In this document: positions 19,167 through 24,054 of the stretch, one piece after another | Position numbering within the stretch: position 1 is the first letter of the stretch | Layout: each line of letters starts with the position of its first letter | Virus record (IMG/VR): IMGVR_UViG_3300044724_000207 | Coordinates: 1 to 24,054 of that record | DNA from: a virus | Lineage: Duplodnaviria > Caudoviricetes | Length of the DNA: 24,054 nt | Direction: 5' to 3' (one strand) | Made by a program: the position numbers and the translations under genes | The notes under the pieces: model-generated | The model's input: only the letters and a program-made list of their open reading frames with translations | Database searches by the model: none | What the model was told of the DNA's origin: nothing

Positions 19167-19841
19167 CTAGAATTCGGACATTATTTCCTCAATTACGTCA
19201 TCTTGAAGTCCTAGAGACATATCACTACGGTCAAAGATATAGGATACCGTGATTCTCCAACAGTCAGTTTCGGCAGCGTGATAGACTCTTTTATACCAAG
19301 GTTCGTGATATGCACCAAAATATCCTGCTTTACATTGCCATCCTTTTTTATCTTGCATAACAACTTCTTTACCAGTATGTCCATCAACATATCTAAAAAC
19401 ACCGTCACCTGTCTCCGACCAAGAGAAAATAATGTTATATGCAGAAGCATTTGCATTATTATGCCACGAAATAAATCCATCTGGAGGATACATTTGAGTT
19501 AATGCATTGTTTCGTGTAGATAAAAGAGAACAAAGTTCTGTATTATATTCACTATATCGTGTGATAAATCCTGCCGCTTCTGGATTACTTTCACGACCTT
19601 CAATGTGATGTAATCGGTCAGCTTTCAGTGCATATGAATGTCCTGCGTCTGGAAATCCTTCGTGTGCAGTATCTTGAGCAATAATCTCATCACGATATTT
19701 TTCAGACATAAAATATTTTCTGTCTTTTGGTTCACCGTGTAATTTTAGATTTCTTGCAACAACATCCTTGTTTTCATAATACCATAGGAAGTTATTAAGT
19801 GCTTTTAACACATCTGGGTTTTTAATAGGAATGTCTTTCAT
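19167..19841 (-). CDS. Cupin/2OG-Fe(II) oxygenase-like protein
   Basis: The double-stranded beta-helix pattern YPPDGFISWHNN...YHAAETDCWRITVSY gives H-x-N, a distal His and a distal Arg. The canonical HxD is replaced by HxN. Confidence 0.55.
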   Translation of the reverse strand: MKDIPIKNPDVLKALNNFLWYYENKDVVARNLKLHGEPKDRKYFMSEKYRDEIIAQDTAHEGFPDAGHSYALKADRLHHIEGRESNPEAAGFITRYSEYNTELCSLLSTRNNALTQMYPPDGFISWHNNANASAYNIIFSWSETGDGVFRYVDGHTGKEVVMQDKKGWQCKAGYFGAYHEPWYKRVYHAAETDCWRITVSYIFDRSDMSLGLQDDVIEEIMSEF

Positions 19842-20584
19842 ACTATAAGTTTATCCTTCTGGAGTGAACCAGAGTAATGTCTTAGGATAGGTGGTTTGTC
19901 TTCAATAGACTTTAGACCTTCATATCCGTATTGAGTAAAATAATTCCAACGAATATCATCGTGGAAGATACCTATTTTTAATTCTTTATATTTAGGGTCT
20001 TTTTCGGTTAGATACCAAAGGGTTGTTTGGTCAAAGTGTTTAAGGTCTCTATCAAATTGTTCACTATCAAACTCTTTGGGTTTCCACATACCACTATGTT
20101 GTTTGTTAAACAATTCAAACCAGTCTTCCATAAACTCACGAACTAATTGATTACCACTTCGGTAGAGACATACACCCCCACATAAAGTAAACTTTTCCAT
20201 CTTACCTGCATATTTGAATTCACGAATCGCATAATACTTTTCACGTTCTGGAGTTAGTTCGTGAAAAACCATATCACGGTCACCTAATTCATCCCACACC
20301 TTTGCGATATCTTCGTGTTCACAATCCATATCTGCGTCAACATACATAGTTATGTCATAAGGAGATTGCGACATACCCCATAGTTTTGCACGATAATGGT
20401 CGTCACAAAAGATAACTTGGTCTGCTTCGTCCGCACGTTCATCAATAAAACGTTCTTCGGTGACCAGACATATTTGTGCTTCTGGATACCAGTCTTTGAT
20501 TGATTCTATAAGATTGACTGCGTAAGTATAAAAGTTAGAGTTTCTGGACGCAACAATTACAAAACCTTTACTTGGTATTTTCAT
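19838..20584 (-). CDS. GT-A fold glycosyltransferase (GT8-like / nucleotide-diphospho-sugar transferase)
   Basis: N-terminal GFVIVAS...AVNLIESIK, DxD motif in SPYDITMYVDADM, GGVCLY, DQTTLW (GT8 DQxxLN-like), RWNY and C-terminal ILRHYSG. Confidence 0.8.
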   Translation of the reverse strand: MKIPSKGFVIVASRNSNFYTYAVNLIESIKDWYPEAQICLVTEERFIDERADEADQVIFCDDHYRAKLWGMSQSPYDITMYVDADMDCEHEDIAKVWDELGDRDMVFHELTPEREKYYAIREFKYAGKMEKFTLCGGVCLYRSGNQLVREFMEDWFELFNKQHSGMWKPKEFDSEQFDRDLKHFDQTTLWYLTEKDPKYKELKIGIFHDDIRWNYFTQYGYEGLKSIEDKPPILRHYSGSLQKDKLIV

Positions 20585-21017
20585 CTTCTAGTGCATCCTT
20601 CACAATCATCATAGCGTATAAATTTACTTCTGGAATAGACTTAGAACGTCTGAGTTTTGATTTCAACAGACGATTCTTTGAGTTTTTAATTTCTGCAATC
20701 TCAAAAGTTTCTAGTTTATACTCAAAAAGTTTCTCTAGTTTTTTTGCACGTTCTTGTTCAAGTTTCTTTGCTTTCTCAAGTTCTGCCTCTGCTTGTTTTT
20801 TTGCCAGACGTTTTTTACTTGATTCATCAATTGATTCTTCACCAAGAAACTCAATTACTTCATTGAACAGTTCATTCTCCGAACCGTCATCATTTAGTTT
20901 GTTAAGTTTGTGAACTTGACGAATTTGACGATTGTCAATTTCTTCTTCACTAATTGCATTCAATATTTCTTTTTTGGGTGTTTCCCAGAATGCATTATCT
21001 AACCATTTTCTTGCCAT
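20568..21017 (-). CDS. Hypothetical protein, charged/helical (149 aa)
   Basis: Clear GGAG RBS; overlaps the GT start by 17 nt. No catalytic motif recognised. Confidence 0.7.
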   Translation of the reverse strand: MARKWLDNAFWETPKKEILNAISEEEIDNRQIRQVHKLNKLNDDGSENELFNEVIEFLGEESIDESSKKRLAKKQAEAELEKAKKLEQERAKKLEKLFEYKLETFEIAEIKNSKNRLLKSKLRRSKSIPEVNLYAMMIVKDALEDENTK

Positions 21018-21051
21018 TGCAAATCTCCTATTTCAATTATATATATTAACT

Positions 21052-23718
21052 TTATGCAGTTCTCTGATAAAGGGTGTAAGTTGTAATTGTAGAACTTCCA
21101 GCATCAATCGTTGTTCCTACATAGTTTCCTACAAAGTTTCCTGTAAAGTCTCCAATAAAGTTACCTTGGTAGTTTCCTTCAAAACTTGCTAAACTTGTAC
21201 GAGTTCTACTATAAGCACTTGAACGAACTACTACAGAAGTTCTTTGGAAGTTATCAGTAAAGTTATTCGTAGAGTTTCTGGTTGAAGTTCTAGTATATGT
21301 AGATACTCTTGTTCTTTGATAATTATCACTGTATATAGAAGTTCTAGTTCTACTATATGCTTGAGAGTATACAGACGAACGATTTCTCTGATAATCGTCA
21401 GTAAAACTTCTAGAATAATCACCAGTATAGTCACCTACAAAGTCACCTACAAAGTCAGTTATTGCATCTCTAGTATAATCTTGAGAGAAATCACGAGCAT
21501 AATTTCCTTCAAAGTTTTGTATGAAATCACCAGTAAACGGCCCTGTAGTTGAATCACGAGTAGAAGTTCTAGTATATGCTCTTGCGTAATCACCAACATA
21601 ATTACCTAAGAAATTACCAGTATATGTGGTAGCACGGTTTGTTGCACGAGTTCTAGTAAAGTTACGTGAATAGTTCCCTTCGAAACTTCTTGTAAAGTCA
21701 CCTATAAAATTAGTTTGTCTATCTCTGGTGAAATCAGTAGCACGAGTTCTAAGAAAGTTACGTGAATAGTTACCAGTATAATTACCAGTATAATCTGCAA
21801 CATAATCAGTTACACGAGTTCTTTGATAATTGGTTGCACGAGTTCTAGTAAAGGTGTTTGCATAGTTACCAGTATAATCAGCCACATAGTTTGCTACAGT
21901 TGTTCTTGTATAATCAGTAGCACGAGTTCTAGTAAAGGTGTTTGCATAGTTACCAGTAAAGTCAGCGACATAGTTTGTAACACGAGTTCTTGAATAGTAA
22001 TATACAGTACCACCTTTTGTTTGTCTGGTAGAAACAACTGTGAAATCACCAGTATAGGTTACTGTTCTGTTTCTAGTAAAGGTGTTTGCATAGTTACCAA
22101 CAAAGTTACCAACATAGTTACCTACAAAGTCACCAGTAAAGGTTGCTGTTCTGTTTCTAGTAAAGGTGTTTGTATAGTTACCAACAAAGTTACCAGTATA
22201 ATCACCAAGGAAATTACCAGTAAAGGTTGCTGTTCTGTTTCTGGTATAGTCAGCAGAATAAGCTAGAGCGTAGTTTCCTACAAAGTCTCCAACATAGTTA
22301 CCTGTAAAGTTACCAGTAAAGGTTGTGGCATAACTTTCTACTCTAGTTCTAGCATATGCTTGAGCATAGTTACCAACAAAATCACCAACAAAATCACCAA
22401 CATAATCAGTAACTCTGGTTCTTGTATAATCTAGAGAGAAATTACGCTGATAGTCACCTACGAAGTTACCTGCATAGTTTCCTACAAAATCTTCTAATCT
22501 AATTCTTTGATAGTTTTGACTAAAGTTTCTTGCATAGTTACCAACATAGTTTCCTACGAAGTTACCTGCATAGGTTGTAATCCTAGTTCTAGAATATACC
22601 TGAGAATATGCACGTGCATAGTTTCCAATATAATTTCCTAAGAAATTTCTAGAATAGTTACCAACATAGTTTCCTTCAAAGTTTCTTGAATAATCACCAA
22701 TATAATCCCCAATGAAACTTCTAGAGTAATCTCCAATAAAATTACCTGCGAAATCTCCTGTAAAGTCTCCTATGTAGTCACCAAGGAAGTTTGCACTAAA
22801 GTTTCTGGTATAATTACCAACAAAGTCTGTATTCGCAGTTGAAGTTCTGAGTGAAGTTCTAACAGAATCTATTTCAGTATTTCTTGTAGAAGTTCTGGTA
22901 TAATCCGCATCAGTTAAATCATAACGACTATCTGTTGCAGTTCCTCTGGATGACCAAGTTCCTGAATCGGTGGGAGCACCTTGAACATTAGTTCTTAATT
23001 GATATGTACCTACTCCACTGGTGCCATTCATTATACGAGATTGGACTCTTGACCCAAACGTATATTTAATTTCGGCATCCGTCATTTCTTGGAGACCTTG
23101 GAACGAACCAGTTAGACCAGACGAACGTTTAACTGCAACAGGTCTTACGGCAGTTGGAGGAGTCATTGAAGACTTTACATATAAATTGTATTGTGTACCT
23201 GATTGGTTTGTTTGCAATCTGTCAAAAAATACACCTGATTTATAGGTTGAGTATGTTCCGTCTGGAGCAGACGAACCTAATTTGTATATGCCTGGGTATT
23301 CAGATGTTGCAATACGAGAAGTAAGTCTGTCAGTAAGTGTATCTAATTCCGCAGAATCTAATTCGTGAAGTTCTGGAGTTCCACCATTATCAACAAACTC
23401 AGTCGGATATCTAAATGCCGCTGAATCTCCACTAAAGTCTGCAACACCTTCTTTTTGATATAAAGATGTTGTTGTGGAAACAACAGGAACATTACCAGCT
23501 GCAAATCCGTGTGTGCCTGGGGCATCGTCATAGGTAGTATCGGTATATGTACCGATTAAGGTATTATTAGTACTTACTTGGGTTAGGGTTGAGACATCAC
23601 TAGAATCCAACGCAGAAAGGTGCAACCCTGCTTGATACGCAAGGTAGTTCTCCTCTGTTGTTGTTATCTCCTTGAGGTCTCCATTAGTGCCTTCAAGTTT
23701 TAGTGTCGTAGTTCCCAT
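21052..23718 (-). CDS. Tetrapeptide-repeat fibre-like protein (888 aa); predicted giant beta-hairpin inserted in a globular domain
   Basis: aa 1-270 are non-repetitive. aa ~272-868 have a 4-residue period, with [FY]-x-G-[ND] and [FY]-x-R-x-R units. The protein ends TYTLYQRTA. Confidence 0.8.
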   Translation of the reverse strand: MGTTTLKLEGTNGDLKEITTTEENYLAYQAGLHLSALDSSDVSTLTQVSTNNTLIGTYTDTTYDDAPGTHGFAAGNVPVVSTTTSLYQKEGVADFSGDSAAFRYPTEFVDNGGTPELHELDSAELDTLTDRLTSRIATSEYPGIYKLGSSAPDGTYSTYKSGVFFDRLQTNQSGTQYNLYVKSSMTPPTAVRPVAVKRSSGLTGSFQGLQEMTDAEIKYTFGSRVQSRIMNGTSGVGTYQLRTNVQGAPTDSGTWSSRGTATDSRYDLTDADYTRTSTRNTEIDSVRTSLRTSTANTDFVGNYTRNFSANFLGDYIGDFTGDFAGNFIGDYSRSFIGDYIGDYSRNFEGNYVGNYSRNFLGNYIGNYARAYSQVYSRTRITTYAGNFVGNYVGNYARNFSQNYQRIRLEDFVGNYAGNFVGDYQRNFSLDYTRTRVTDYVGDFVGDFVGNYAQAYARTRVESYATTFTGNFTGNYVGDFVGNYALAYSADYTRNRTATFTGNFLGDYTGNFVGNYTNTFTRNRTATFTGDFVGNYVGNFVGNYANTFTRNRTVTYTGDFTVVSTRQTKGGTVYYYSRTRVTNYVADFTGNYANTFTRTRATDYTRTTVANYVADYTGNYANTFTRTRATNYQRTRVTDYVADYTGNYTGNYSRNFLRTRATDFTRDRQTNFIGDFTRSFEGNYSRNFTRTRATNRATTYTGNFLGNYVGDYARAYTRTSTRDSTTGPFTGDFIQNFEGNYARDFSQDYTRDAITDFVGDFVGDYTGDYSRSFTDDYQRNRSSVYSQAYSRTRTSIYSDNYQRTRVSTYTRTSTRNSTNNFTDNFQRTSVVVRSSAYSRTRTSLASFEGNYQGNFIGDFTGNFVGNYVGTTIDAGSSTITTYTLYQRTA
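21115..22905 (-). repeat. 12-nt-period coding repeat with a superimposed 84-nt (28-aa) period
   Basis: Recurrent atagttacc/aaagttacc/aaagtcacc units. Near-identical blocks start at 21841/21925 and at 22062/22146/22230, each 84 nt apart. Confidence 0.9.
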
Positions 23719-23723
23719 AACTC

Positions 23724-23730
23724 TATTTAG
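23724..23730 (-). promoter_or_regulatory. Possible variant late promoter CTAAATA overlapping the upstream stop codon
   Basis: Minus strand reads GCC-TAAATA-GAGTT-ATG; the TAAATA core is 5 nt before the ATG of the 888-aa gene. It is not a perfect consensus. Confidence 0.4.
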
Positions 23731-24054
23731 GCAGTTCTAACGTAGAGTGTATAAGTTTCTATATTAGTGCTACCTGACCCAATTTGTTCTCCTGTATAGT
23801 TACCTGTAAAGGTTCTATTATAGTTTCCAAGGAAGTTTCTACCATAATTACCAATAAAGTTACCTACATAGTTTCTAGAATAGTTTCCTTCAAAGGTTGC
23901 GGTAAAGTCTCTGGTATAATTACCTGTAAAGTTTCCAACAAAATCACGAGTATATCCTTCACCACCAAGGTAGTTGGATTGACGTGTTCGAGTAAAGTTT
24001 CTTGAATAATTACCTACAAAAGTTCTTGTAAAGTTTCTTGCATAATTACCTTCA
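23727..24054 (-). CDS. Second tetrapeptide-repeat protein, C-terminal fragment (paralog of the 888-aa protein; runs off the right edge)
   Basis: Not in the ORF track. Manual translation gives ...EGNYARNFTRTFVGNYSRNFTRTRQSNYLGGEGYTRDFVGNFTGNYTRDFTATFEGNYSRNYVGNFIGNYGRNFLGNYNRTFTGNYTGEQIGSGSTNIETYTLYVRTA*, with the same repeat alphabet and the same TYTLYxRTA terminus. Confidence 0.88.
   Translation of the reverse strand, partial: EGNYARNFTRTFVGNYSRNFTRTRQSNYLGGEGYTRDFVGNFTGNYTRDFTATFEGNYSRNYVGNFIGNYGRNFLGNYNRTFTGNYTGEQIGSGSTNIETYTLYVRTA

Noticed and set aside
21115-22905. Repeats considered as a CRISPR array or as a DGR template/variable repeat pair
   Set aside because: The repeats are in-frame, degenerate at synonymous positions and lack unique spacers. 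There is no adenine-specific mismatch pattern, and no cas or reverse transcriptase gene in the window.
21115-22905. Many N-x-S/T sequons (NYT, NFS, NYS, NFT, NRT) as N-glycosylation sites
   Set aside because: They follow automatically from the [ND]-[FY]-[TSVA] repeat composition, and D freely replaces N at the same position. No independent evidence of selection.
21115-22905. DNA-level palindrome or inverted repeat explaining the protein symmetry
   Set aside because: Both arms use the same-strand direct repeat vocabulary and I saw no long reverse-complement match. The symmetry is at the level of protein residue complementarity.
21052-23718. Repeat protein as an ice-nucleation, pentapeptide-repeat, collagen-like or RiPP precursor protein
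   Set aside because: The period is 4 rather than 3, 5, 8 or 16, the InaZ AGYGST motif is absent, and no leader/core cassettes, protease or transporter are visible.
181-24005. Numerous plus-strand ORFs (60-150 aa) and short alternative-frame minus-strand ORFs in the ORF track
   Set aside because: All overlap well-supported minus-strand phage genes. Their S/F/I-rich or low-complexity translations are typical antisense or off-frame shadows of biased coding sequence.

Overview
The window is the virion-morphogenesis (late) region of a T4-like myophage with an AT-rich genome; the arrangement resembles marine T4-like phages, but the host cannot be determined. All real genes are on the minus strand. 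In transcription order (right to left) they are: two paralogous tetrapeptide-repeat fibre-like proteins (one partial), a small hypothetical protein, a GT-A glycosyltransferase, a cupin/2OG-Fe(II)-oxygenase-like protein, a small adaptor-like protein, a 2145-aa mosaic fibre, and then the T4 core block gp13-gp14-gp15-gp16-gp17-gp18-gp19-gp20-gp67-[inserted sulfotransferase]-gp68-like-gp21-gp22-gp23 (partial). Three perfect T4 late promoters (TATAAATA) and one intrinsic terminator are visible. Two observations stand out. (1) The 888-aa repeat protein appears to be a self-complementary giant beta-hairpin. Its ~600-aa repeat is centred on a unique KGG turn, 16 of 18 R-x-R motifs fall opposite a Gly on the other arm, and both arms carry matching 28-aa duplications. 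(2) There may be a phage-encoded virion surface-modification system: a glycosyltransferase, an oxygenase-like enzyme and a sulfotransferase sit among structural genes whose probably exposed segments are enriched in a D-S-[A/D/S/G] motif that the terminase lacks. All counts were made by hand and all functional interpretations are inferences.
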